The position numbers and the translations under genes are program-made. DNA of 45,306 nucleotides. Origin: Hormoscilla sp. GTDB taxonomy: Bacteria > Cyanobacteriota > Cyanobacteriia > Cyanobacteriales > Desertifilaceae. Shown here in pieces: positions 1-8,801 of the stretch. Each line of letters begins with the position of its first letter. The stretch's first letter is position 1. Below the pieces are notes generated by a model. The model was not told the origin of the DNA. It searched no databases and was given only the letters and a program-made list of their open reading frames with translations. The DNA is taken from NCBI GenBank assembly GCA_051439505.1, contig JBFRWI010000232.1, forward strand, positions 1 through 45,306, read 5' to 3'.

Positions 1-149
1 GCAACCCCAAGCAACCAACTATTTCTGTATATACACTTGTGGACGGCGAGTACGAAGTCAGTAAATTTCGGGAGGATAACCTCATTGAATCTCCTGCATT
101 TTCCGAACTGAATTTGACCGCAGAACATATTTTTAGCGCTGGTAATTAA
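1..149 (+). CDS. Uma2-family (DUF820) endonuclease, 3' end only
   Basis: Frame from base 3 reads NPKQPTISVYTLVDGEYEVSKFREDNLIESPAFSELNLTAEHIFSAGN*, a typical cyanobacterial Uma2 C-terminus; not in the ORF track because it is 5'-truncated. Confidence 0.75.
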   Translation, partial: NPKQPTISVYTLVDGEYEVSKFREDNLIESPAFSELNLTAEHIFSAGN

Positions 150-227
150 AAGCAAAGAAAATTCTGGTTATCAATGTTGCAATTGATAATCCGGTGAGTT
201 GGCTTATGGAAGTTACACAAATTGAGG

Positions 228-464
228 ATGAAGATCGTGACTAAAACCCAACAGGAAATTATCAAGCAAGGATATCAAGCCTTAATCGAGTCCTTAGGAG
301 CCATTGATACAATTCGGTTTATTCAATACTTTAGCCCCGGTCAGGGAGATTATACCAAAGAACGCCATGAGTGGCTATACCTCACTCCATTAGAGGATAT
401 TTTGCTCTCGATGAAACAGCTTCCAGAAGGCGATATCAATCAATACGATGAAATTATTGAATAG
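228..464 (+). CDS. Small conserved hypothetical protein (antitoxin-like)
   Basis: MKIVTKTQQEIIKQGYQALIESLGAIDTIRFIQYFSPGQGDYTKERHEWL; the G..AL...LG.....RF......G.GDYT.ER pattern is a common small-protein family. Confidence 0.65.
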   Translation: MKIVTKTQQEIIKQGYQALIESLGAIDTIRFIQYFSPGQGDYTKERHEWLYLTPLEDILLSMKQLPEGDINQYDEIIE

Positions 465-491
465 TAAGTTGATACTGCCCATCGGAGCAAC

Positions 492-711
492 GTAGGGTGG
501 GCACTGCCCACCGGTGCGAATACAGAAGATCCGATCGCCCCGTGTCTCCGATCGCCCCGTGTCGTCGATCGGGTGGCACTAGCAGGGAACTACAGGAGCC
601 AGCAAGTAGGGCACGGCCCACCAGACAGCAAGTTAGTGCTAGACTGTAAACAGGAAATTGGTAGGGTGGGCACCGCCCACCAGGCAACCAGTTAGTGCTA
701 GACTGTAAACA
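492..711. repeat. Cluster of GTAG-type REP-like palindromes plus a 22-bp direct repeat
   Basis: GTAGGGTGGGCAC(T/C)GCCCACC at 492 and 661, degenerate copy near 606; AGTTAGTGCTAGACTGTAAACA at 631-652 and 690-711; the same REP recurs at ~15674, 18326, 18695 (reverse) and 31257. Confidence 0.85.
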
Positions 712-727
712 CCAGATAAACAAAGGT

Positions 728-1000
728 ATGATGCCAATGCCCAAACACCTAACGATCGCGGAAGCGCAAGCAACACTACCAGAGTTAGTATCATCCTTGG
801 CTACGGAACCAGCGGTGATTACCAAGGATGGAAAACCGGTGATGATTGCCCTGAGTTTAGAACAATTTGAATCACTTATGGAAACGATGGAAATAATGAG
901 CGATCGGGAATTTATGGAGCAGTTGCGATCGGGTATCCGACAAGCAGATGCGGGAGAAACAATTAGTCTAGAAGATTTAAAATCTGAGTTAGGATTTTAA
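728..1000 (+). CDS. Phd/YefM-family antitoxin
   Basis: LTIAEAQATLPELV...PAVITKDGKPVMIALSLEQFESLMETMEIMSD pattern; start uncertain (728/731/737). Confidence 0.85.
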   Translation: MMPMPKHLTIAEAQATLPELVSSLATEPAVITKDGKPVMIALSLEQFESLMETMEIMSDREFMEQLRSGIRQADAGETISLEDLKSELGF

Positions 1001-1109
1001 TGGCACTGTCAAAATGGCTGATGTTGTAGAATAGGAAGTTATCCCGATCACACGTACACTGGAAATATTTAAAGATAATCTTAACAGACATGATGCCGGA
1101 CTTAATTCT

Positions 1110-1910
1110 CTATGCTTCAGTCAAAATAGCTAAAAATTCCTGCACTACCCGATCGGGTTCTTCCCGGCATCTGTTAGGATGGTAATGCTGGACTATGTGG
1201 ATGGACTGGGAGGTTTCGTATTCCTGAGGAGGTTCCCGATGCTGTTCGACAGGATCGATCAGCAGAATGCCTAATTTGCCTTGGTGGAAGATGGCAAAGT
1301 TGGGTTGTTGATTTTGTCTGCCTTCGGGGGTTGTCAGTCGCAGTTGCGGGTTGGGGGAGAAGACTACTGACGCCCGATCGAGTGCTTGGGCAATTTTCAC
1401 TTCTGCATCGGTTCTCAACTGCAAACCATTCCAGTTATAGACTCGTTCTTCTGAATGAAACTGAACTTCTTGGTGATTTTCCTCTGCATCATCTCCGCTC
1501 TCTGCGCCCGATCGGGTGTTATCATCAGGTATTGTTGCCCCCTGTGAATCTGTTAAGTTGGCGAATAGTCGGGCTCCACTTAGGTTTGCTTCACCGAAGG
1601 TTGCGCAGTTGAGGTTGCGTGCAATCACCTGATTTCGATGTAAAGTCACTTGATTTCGCCGTAGGTATCGCTTCACGACTGACTGGAGATTCTTTTTTGT
1701 GACCTTCTCCCCAAAGGCTTTTGAGAGTAGATCCCAGAGTTTGTAACCGGTCTGCTTGAGATAATCAGGTTGATAACCGGTGCTTTTGGCAATTTCCCCA
1801 TAGGACCGCCGCCCTTCCCAGCATTCCCGAAATATGATTTCTTCGACGCGGTTTAAGGGTTGGTAGTCGAGCAGGGTTTCCACAAGTGCCAGGGCCTCGT
1901 CAGCGGTCAT
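1110..1910 (-). CDS. N-terminal cyanobacterial HTH domain + short pentapeptide remnant + degenerate PD-(D/E)xK-like C-terminal domain
   Basis: N-terminus LNRVEEIIFRECWEGRRSYGEIA...GYKLWDLLSKAFGEKVTKKN resembles the N-termini of cyanobacterial NACHT/AAA proteins; ARNLNCATFGEANLSGARL pentapeptides; C-terminal EVKIAQALDRASVVF...GILLID. Confidence 0.6.
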   Translation of the reverse strand: MTADEALALVETLLDYQPLNRVEEIIFRECWEGRRSYGEIAKSTGYQPDYLKQTGYKLWDLLSKAFGEKVTKKNLQSVVKRYLRRNQVTLHRNQVIARNLNCATFGEANLSGARLFANLTDSQGATIPDDNTRSGAESGDDAEENHQEVQFHSEERVYNWNGLQLRTDAEVKIAQALDRASVVFSPNPQLRLTTPEGRQNQQPNFAIFHQGKLGILLIDPVEQHREPPQEYETSQSIHIVQHYHPNRCREEPDRVVQEFLAILTEA

Positions 1911-2023
1911 GTGTCAGAGTGCCTCATTAGTAGAGTGTCGGTGTGGGCGTAGGTTATAACCGGCACCCTTGGGGTCTGGCACCTCCCTCCGCCTTGATAT
2001 GCATTTTAGCGCAAAGAACGAGA

Positions 2024-2085
2024 TTATGACTTTTTTATGACTTACTTATGATTTTTATATGACTTGTGCATGACTTTTATGACTG
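2024..2085. promoter_or_regulatory. Phased direct-repeat array (ATGAYT x6) in a divergent intergenic region
   Basis: ATGAYT starts at 2026, 2037, 2048, 2059, 2070, 2079 (spacing 11,11,11,11,9); regulatory role inferred. Confidence 0.55.
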
Positions 2086-2144
2086 TCAAAGCTGATGCAT
2101 GTCGCCTAGCATAGTATTGTACTTACAGAACCTCAATACCAAAA

Positions 2145-3053
2145 ATGAAAACATTACAACAGTTAGGCTCGACTGCTACAATAGCTTTGCTTCTTTCCAT
2201 AGCCCTTCCCAACAGCGTCGAAGCCGCTGTGTTGGGACTAAAATCTCGCTGGCACAACCAACGCAGAATCTCCACCACTCCTACGCATCTTTTCCGATTC
2301 GCCGAGGATGGCTCTTCCTTTACCGATCTCGGCGTTGTCACCCTTAACGGGTCACAAATTGACGCAGACGCGCTGGCCATTTCCCAGGAATACGGACTTT
2401 TGGGCTTCGCGGTTACAGGAAATAGTTCGCAATTGATTTCTATTGATTCCGACACTGCTAAAGCAACAGCATTGGGATCATTGTTAAATGGGCGCGATAT
2501 TCGGGGAGCCACTTTCGATCTGACAGGAAACCTCTGGGTACTCGATGCGGCGGAAAACGAGTTGCTGAAAATAGATCCAACTACTGGACAGATATTAGAT
2601 AATTCTATAACATTAACCTTCGGACAAGGTGAGTTCGATCTCTCAAATGCTTCAGACATCGCTGTGCATCAAGAAGGCATCTTCTACATTGCTAATTTAA
2701 GCAAGATTTACAGCCTCAATGTCCAAACTGGTGCTTTAACTGAAGTGAATCAAGACTCAGGCAAAGGTTTTGTAGGACTAGCTTTTTCAATGGACGCTGA
2801 TGAAAATGACTTCTTTGCTTATGACGTAAATTACTATGATGACATTTTTCTTTACGACGGAGACGCAAACTACGCTAAAACTGACCTGTTCCTGAATATT
2901 ATTTCGCGTTTTAACGGGGGGCTCGGCGACATTGCGGGAGTTGTTGAGAAAAAGGAAGAGCCTAAACCTTCTACAAAAGTACCCGAACCTTCTTCTGCTT
3001 TGGCTCTATTGACCTTGGGCGCTTTTGGGGTTATACTGAAGCGCAAGAAGTAA
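2145..3053 (+). CDS. Secreted PEP-CTERM protein, probable beta-propeller
   Basis: N-terminal signal peptide; C-terminal VPEPSSALALLTLGAFGVILKRKK sorting signal; repeated beta-blade-like segments. Confidence 0.85.
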   Translation: MKTLQQLGSTATIALLLSIALPNSVEAAVLGLKSRWHNQRRISTTPTHLFRFAEDGSSFTDLGVVTLNGSQIDADALAISQEYGLLGFAVTGNSSQLISIDSDTAKATALGSLLNGRDIRGATFDLTGNLWVLDAAENELLKIDPTTGQILDNSITLTFGQGEFDLSNASDIAVHQEGIFYIANLSKIYSLNVQTGALTEVNQDSGKGFVGLAFSMDADENDFFAYDVNYYDDIFLYDGDANYAKTDLFLNIISRFNGGLGDIAGVVEKKEEPKPSTKVPEPSSALALLTLGAFGVILKRKK

Positions 3054-3411
3054 TTTCGAGTCCCGTTAAATATTAATTGGGTTATTGTTAGTAACGGTGA
3101 CTCTCTTACGAAAACGAATAGGATCGCCAAGGGAAAATAATTCGCTTCCCAGGCGATCGTGCATTTCTTTAGCGGTTGGGGGCGATCGCCGGCCATGACT
3201 TGTCCATAATCTATCGGGCGATCGCATAGATCAACTCATCACAAGTGCGATCGCCTGTTGCTTTAGGAAAGGTTTCTGTATTGCGATCGCCTCTTCATGT
3301 GTCAATAAAGTCCCTATATTGTATTGCTTTCCCGACTAAATATCTGACTTGACTGTCCCTTGACACCCATGCCAGTCATAAGACGGTGCCAAGCAACAGA
3401 ATGTGGTCAGA

Positions 3412-4323
3412 TTATTCTTCAGCTTCAACACGCTGCAACCAAGCCACTAAATCTGTCTGGGCCTCAAAATCCAGCAGCGCCTCTGCCAAATCCTCTAACT
3501 GGATGAGTGACAGCTGGCGAATCTGGGACTGTAACTCCGCCGCAATTTCACCAATGCGCCGCGTGAGTAGGCGCAGAACAATCTTCAATTCTCCTTCGAC
3601 CATCCAACTGGTGACTATTTCCATGATTTCCTCCTGTTCTGATGATGCCAGTGTACCAATCTCTTCTTGGAACTGGGTTTCCTCCTCTACATTCAATTGC
3701 AGATAGGTGTCGATAAATCCCGAAATCAGTCGGGTCTTCGCCGGATCTAACTTCAAAGTTGCCAGCAAGCGCAGACACTCTAATTTTACCCGCCAGCGGT
3801 CCTCTTTGTCAATTTTCATTTTCGTCATCAATGCCGTGGCCACGGGATTTTTGTGACGCAGGAAATCTCGCCAATTCAGGCGATTTAGCTGAATGACATC
3901 GTAGTCAAACTGCAAAACGACTTTGTTGGCAATGACAACTTCATAACTGTTGGGTTGTTCCTTGCGCGGAGAGTCAAAGGACAGCACTGCTATGGGATAT
4001 ACTGGCAAACCGTGATTGTGTGACAAAAAGGCAAAGTACCGAAACATCCGCTTTTCAAAGTTTGTCTCATACCGTGCCTGGTTTTCCACATGGATCAGCA
4101 AGAAGGTCTCCCCACCACTCTTAAATTTGGTTTTGACCACCAGATCCGCGTTATATTTCTCTCCCGATTTGAGTTCGGTGAATATCTCTTGTTCTAAAAA
4201 CTCCAGATAGCTGGTGTCTATCTCGGCGAGAAGTGAGGGAAAGAATAACTCTAAGAACTCCACGAAGAAAGTTTTGAGCAGTTCCTTGAACAGGCGATCG
4301 TGTTTGATAGTTTCTTGTTTCAT
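3412..4323 (-). CDS. Rpn-family recombination-promoting nuclease/putative transposase with C-terminal DUF4351
   Basis: HDRLFKELLKTFFVEFLELFFP, ADLVVK, LIHVENQ; C-terminus LRLLTRRIG...QLEDLAEALLDF...DLVAWL. Confidence 0.9.
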   Translation of the reverse strand: MKQETIKHDRLFKELLKTFFVEFLELFFPSLLAEIDTSYLEFLEQEIFTELKSGEKYNADLVVKTKFKSGGETFLLIHVENQARYETNFEKRMFRYFAFLSHNHGLPVYPIAVLSFDSPRKEQPNSYEVVIANKVVLQFDYDVIQLNRLNWRDFLRHKNPVATALMTKMKIDKEDRWRVKLECLRLLATLKLDPAKTRLISGFIDTYLQLNVEEETQFQEEIGTLASSEQEEIMEIVTSWMVEGELKIVLRLLTRRIGEIAAELQSQIRQLSLIQLEDLAEALLDFEAQTDLVAWLQRVEAEE

Positions 4324-4456
4324 ACCCTGACTTCGTTAATTGACTGTTGCTTAACACAATATCATCGTCTAAATACCCTGTCAAGCAGTAGTCGGCGCTG
4401 AATTATTTTCAGCAACTTCTTAAAAAGAAGATCGCCTTTTCAGTAATTTCCTGCTA

Positions 4457-4888
4457 TCATCTTACACATCCTTCCACGATCGCCAAATTGTCTGCTCTTC
4501 GCACTCCTAGCGATTCTTCCTGCACTCCTACAGTTTTCTTTTGTTTCCTTTCGCCCATCTCACGATCCTTATCAACATGAAAACTGCCATACATAATCGA
4601 AACTTCAAAAATATCTGTAGTAATCACTGCGGGCTTTCTGTGCGCGTCCTCTCCCAGATGAATGCCAATTAAATCTACTTCTGCTTCGCCTACTTCTTCG
4701 GGAACGTATACTTCCCAAGTTATTTCTCGACAATCTTGAAAAACTATCCTGTAAGGCGATCTATTTTCTGGATCGTACACGCATTCAAACAATATTTTAT
4801 TTCCCCACATGGAAATTTTAACATTTGTAATTAACGAGGTTAACCCTCCTAAACCTAGCGAATGGTAGTCTTCTGTCCAATTAGTCAC
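4457..4888 (-). CDS. Hypothetical protein
   Basis: 143-aa ORF, GTG start directly abutting the stop of the upstream small ORF. Confidence 0.6.
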   Translation of the reverse strand: MTNWTEDYHSLGLGGLTSLITNVKISMWGNKILFECVYDPENRSPYRIVFQDCREITWEVYVPEEVGEAEVDLIGIHLGEDAHRKPAVITTDIFEVSIMYGSFHVDKDREMGERKQKKTVGVQEESLGVRRADNLAIVEGCVR

Positions 4889-5053
4889 TTAACCTTTCTC
4901 CTGTCTGTACCTGGGCGACGGTGTTTCTTCTCCTCTTTGACGATCGTTCTCAAACAAATATTCTAGCAATTCAACCGCTTCGACTAACCTTTCTTCTGGC
5001 AATTTTTCCACTAACTCGATCGCCCTTTGGCGAATTTCCGTTGATGTCATCAT
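4889..5053 (-). CDS. Small 54-aa helical protein (DUF2281/antitoxin-like)
   Basis: Manual translation MMTSTEIRQRAIELVEKLPEERLVEAVELLEYLFENDRQRGEETPSPRYRQEKG*, preceded by AAGGAGGAG RBS; absent from the ORF track. Confidence 0.7.
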   Translation of the reverse strand: MMTSTEIRQRAIELVEKLPEERLVEAVELLEYLFENDRQRGEETPSPRYRQEKG

Positions 5054-5078
5054 CTTACTCCTCCTTTAAGGACTATTT

Positions 5079-6353
5079 TCATTCTATCATCCTCATCCTC
5101 TTTGACATGCGATCGCCCCGATAATTATCCACTATACCGGCAATGGACCCTAACAGCAACCATCCCAAGATATTAATCCTGGCATCAAACAAGGTCACGT
5201 CCAGCAAGTGAAATAAGCTACAGCCCCCAAATGCTACAATATAGCTGAAAAATATTAATCTATCCTCATTTTTTACCTCGCCCAGCAGCAAAACCCCTTT
5301 CCCCAACACCAAACCCACTAACCCACAAAACCACAGGGTTGCGATAATTCCTGTTTCTGCCATTAACATCAATATTAAGTTGTGGGGATGACCTACCCAG
5401 TAATCCATCTGCGCTTCATATATTGTAGTAAAATTTCTTAACCCCCAACCCGTCCCAGGACGCTGCCAAGTTAGGTCCCAGGCAAATTGCCATTGGGTAG
5501 AACGTAACTGCGCGATCGGGCGATCGGGATGTAACTCGTCGGTGAGTCGCTTCCAGAAGTATGGGGGCACAACTAAGCGCAACCATTGCCGCAAGGGGTC
5601 TAAACCAAATGCTGCCCAAAGTACGGTCCCCGCTGCTGCTGTTACTGCCGTTACCAACCAACGCCAACCCAGATATACGGCAAAAGCAAGACAACTTAAA
5701 AAGGCGATCGCCCAAGCATTGCGGGAATGAGTTAAAATCAGTGCCAGGGCATTTCCGATAACTAGCAGGGATAAAAATAAATTGGGAAAACTTTTTTTCT
5801 GGAATTGTTCGATCCACAATTCCAGTGTTATAATAAAGGTAATAACCAGATAGCTAGCCAGAACATTGGCATAGGCAAAAACCGAGGCCATTCTTCCCGG
5901 GGGAGTCCCAGTCGGTTCCAGGGGAAAGTCGATCGCCATCCATAATTTAATCGGTCCCGTCCAGCCCCAAAACAACTGCCCCAAACCGATAATTATTACC
6001 GGGACAGCAGAAAGCCCGATCGCCCAAGAGATGGACCGCAACTGGGCCGGTATTTTAATCAAAGCGCTGACAGCAGCAAATAGCAGGAAGAAAGGCAAGA
6101 AATTAAATAATCCCAAAAAGGCATCGCCCCGGTTTTGGGCAAAGCAAGCATTGACAAGCAGTAAAACTGCCAAAATCGCCAATCCCCGGTTTACAGGGCG
6201 GCGGATAATAGTATTAAACTCTTGCCGCCAGACATTCACCATCATCCCCAGGAAGCAGGAAGCCGCCAAAAATGGACTCATAGGTAATATAATTAACCCC
6301 AGATGCAGTTGCCAATCAACCAGGTTTTTTCTATTGCTTATTTTGCAATTCAT
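5079..6353 (-). CDS. O-antigen ligase/polymerase (Wzy_C) family membrane protein
   Basis: Multi-TM; R.ASVFAYANVLA, LTHSRNAW, GWGLRNF, HPHNLILMLMAETG motifs. Confidence 0.9.
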   Translation of the reverse strand: MNCKISNRKNLVDWQLHLGLIILPMSPFLAASCFLGMMVNVWRQEFNTIIRRPVNRGLAILAVLLLVNACFAQNRGDAFLGLFNFLPFFLLFAAVSALIKIPAQLRSISWAIGLSAVPVIIIGLGQLFWGWTGPIKLWMAIDFPLEPTGTPPGRMASVFAYANVLASYLVITFIITLELWIEQFQKKSFPNLFLSLLVIGNALALILTHSRNAWAIAFLSCLAFAVYLGWRWLVTAVTAAAGTVLWAAFGLDPLRQWLRLVVPPYFWKRLTDELHPDRPIAQLRSTQWQFAWDLTWQRPGTGWGLRNFTTIYEAQMDYWVGHPHNLILMLMAETGIIATLWFCGLVGLVLGKGVLLLGEVKNEDRLIFFSYIVAFGGCSLFHLLDVTLFDARINILGWLLLGSIAGIVDNYRGDRMSKRMRMIE

Positions 6354-6604
6354 ATCATTTTGAATAAACGCTGCTACAATTTATTTTGATTATCATATTA
6401 TATCCTGTCAGGGTAATCACCCACAAGTTAAAAAACAACTTCACCATTGAAAATGTCTCGCGTTATTACCCTCTTGCCCGGTTTGGTTGAGGCACTAATA
6501 TCTTGCACCATTTGTAACTGGAGGCGGAGCCTCGATAATTCGTTCCCAGGCTCCCGCCTGGGAACGAGGGTAAAACGCTGGCAAGACAATTTTTCCAGGG
6601 TTTC

Positions 6605-6660
6605 CAGTGGGTTTTAACCCACTTAAGCTATTAGCCGGGGGTTTGAACCCCCGGCGGGCC
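6605..6660. repeat. REP-like double-hairpin element (CAGTSGGTTTTAACCSACTT...GCCGGGGGTTTGAACCCCCGGCGGGC)
   Basis: Near-identical copies at ~6605, ~8746, ~14775 and ~18522, all intergenic. Confidence 0.85.
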
Positions 6661-6690
6661 GACAGCGAAGAGAGAGTTGTTGGGAATTAG

Positions 6691-7536
6691 CTAATAAGCA
6701 AATTCCCAGCATTCAGAACGGGTGAGACGAATTTGAGCGAGGGCAAAAATGGTGGGAATAATGCGACTGTAGTTAGTTGAAACCGCCCGCCAACCCAAAT
6801 CGGCAAAAAACCAAGTCCATAAAGCAGGTCCGACAAAGGCTAAAATACTTCGGGTCGCCCCATAGCGGGCAGTAGTTAATGCCATACCCTGTTTAGCCCC
6901 CTGCAATGTCATAAATTGCCCAAACCGGGCCGCTGCTGCTACGCCACCTTTCACTAATGCTTCTTTGGCAACTTGATAGCTAGCAAAATGCAGGGCAAAT
7001 TGATGGGCAATCTTTTGCAGCAACATGGGTTTGAGCGCGGAACTGACCGCTATGGCACTGCCCCCCTTGAGCAGTAAACCGATCGGGTTTTTCAGAAGCG
7101 ATCGGGGCAGAGGTTGAGCGAATTTAGTTTGGGCGATCGCCCCTCGGATCCGGTCTCCCAAAGTTTGTTTTTCCGACGCAGGGAGTCGTTTCCAAGTCCG
7201 CCGCAGCAGATTGAGAAACACCTCTGCTTCTAAATCTAGAGTAGAAAGCTTGGGAGAATAGGGAAATTTCAGGTAACGACAGACCTGGATCAGCACTTGA
7301 CGGTAAGTCACCTGCTGGGCCCGTCCCCGCAGTACCGTCAGTCCATCTGCGGCCAGAAAGCGAAAGCGCCTCTCTATAGCATCTAGCCAAGCGGAATGGT
7401 CTTGACTCTGGACATCGATCGGGTCAGGGGTATAAACATAGTCCAGAGGGTTTAACTGACGGCGGAACAGGAGTTGCGTCAGCTGTTGCAATTCTTCCTC
7501 TGTGGCCAATTCTAGCGCTGTTCTTAGTTCATCCAC
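6691..7536 (-). CDS. YaaW/UPF0174-family protein
   Basis: MDELRTALELATEEELQQLT...RFRFLAADG...DLGWRAVSTNYSRIIP, conserved cyanobacterial protein. Confidence 0.85.
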   Translation of the reverse strand: MDELRTALELATEEELQQLTQLLFRRQLNPLDYVYTPDPIDVQSQDHSAWLDAIERRFRFLAADGLTVLRGRAQQVTYRQVLIQVCRYLKFPYSPKLSTLDLEAEVFLNLLRRTWKRLPASEKQTLGDRIRGAIAQTKFAQPLPRSLLKNPIGLLLKGGSAIAVSSALKPMLLQKIAHQFALHFASYQVAKEALVKGGVAAAARFGQFMTLQGAKQGMALTTARYGATRSILAFVGPALWTWFFADLGWRAVSTNYSRIIPTIFALAQIRLTRSECWEFAY

Positions 7537-7685
7537 TGCGAACGCCTCAATTTTTAACTTGTTTGTCAGCTCCTGGGGGTATCATCTTAGGTAGCAGGAG
7601 CTTTCCTGTTGACGATAACTGGAAATTAATAGATTCTTTCCTCTTTTATTTTAGATAGCCGATCGCTGGTGAGGAGGTGTAACTC

Positions 7686-8672
7686 GTGTTTGACGTGCTT
7701 GTTATTGGTGCTGGGATCGCTGGTCTGACTTGTGCCAGGTTGCTGCACCAAGCTGGTTATTCTGTGATGGTGGTCGATAAGTCTCGCGGCCTCGGCGGGC
7801 GATCGGCTACCCGCCGGTTCCACGGCACTCGCGCCGATCATGGACTGCGTTACCTGGAGGTAATGGGCTATCTGTCACGGCGCTTGATAGATGTAATGGG
7901 CGATCGCCACCTTATCCAACCCTGGACAGATGACACTTATGTCGCACCAGAAGGGATGAATGCTGTGGGCAAATTTCTGGCGGACAATTTAGACATTTTG
8001 CTCAACCAGCCCGTAGAGGCGATCGCCCTTACCCCCTCACAAACCTGGCAGGTTACGGGGACCAATAGGATGTTAACAACTCAGGCAATAGTTGTGGCAA
8101 TTCCGGCACCGCAAGCCTTAATGTTAATCGCACCTCTGGCTGATATTATATCATCTGAATTTATTGCTAGTTTGCGTTCCGTAGAATTTGACCCTTGCAT
8201 TACAGTTATGGCAGGCTATCCAGTATCCAGACTTGCCGATGTCAAGCAATTAGACTGGAAACAGCAGATTTTCGGAGATGCCGATTTAGCCTGGATTGGG
8301 TTAGATAGTAGCAAGCGATCGGACTCCAGTCAACCCGTATTTGTACTGCATAGCAGCGCTGCTTTTGCCCGCAAGTATTTAGAGGCCCAGGATTTGCAGC
8401 CAGCAGCAGATCGTCTCTTAAATCAGGCAGCACAGGACCTTATTCCTTGGCTTAATGCCCCGGCTTTCTGGCAAGTTCACCCCTGGCGCTATGCTTTCCC
8501 CAAACATTCTTTGTCTCAGAATTATCTAGCTGCAACTCCCCTAAATTTAGTTTGTTGTGGTGATTGGTGTGGGGGTAACTTGGTAGAAAGTGCCTTACAG
8601 TCGGGACTTGCTGCTGCTACCCAGATTAACAGTCAACTGCGACAGTTGCCTTTGCCAGAATACCCCTTTTAA
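7686..8672 (+). CDS. NAD(P)/FAD-dependent oxidoreductase (renalase-like)
   Basis: VIGAGIAGL Rossmann motif, DKSRGLGGRSATRR, DHG, WRYA, CGDW. Confidence 0.9.
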   Translation: MFDVLVIGAGIAGLTCARLLHQAGYSVMVVDKSRGLGGRSATRRFHGTRADHGLRYLEVMGYLSRRLIDVMGDRHLIQPWTDDTYVAPEGMNAVGKFLADNLDILLNQPVEAIALTPSQTWQVTGTNRMLTTQAIVVAIPAPQALMLIAPLADIISSEFIASLRSVEFDPCITVMAGYPVSRLADVKQLDWKQQIFGDADLAWIGLDSSKRSDSSQPVFVLHSSAAFARKYLEAQDLQPAADRLLNQAAQDLIPWLNAPAFWQVHPWRYAFPKHSLSQNYLAATPLNLVCCGDWCGGNLVESALQSGLAAATQINSQLRQLPLPEYPF

Positions 8673-8801
8673 TAATTACTAATCGCTAATTCATAAGACA
8701 ATTTTGTTTGTCAAAATATGATCCAATTTATAACGATTATCCTATTAGTCGGTTTTAACCGACTTTAGCTATTAGCCGGGGGTTTGAACCCCCGGCGGGC
8801 C

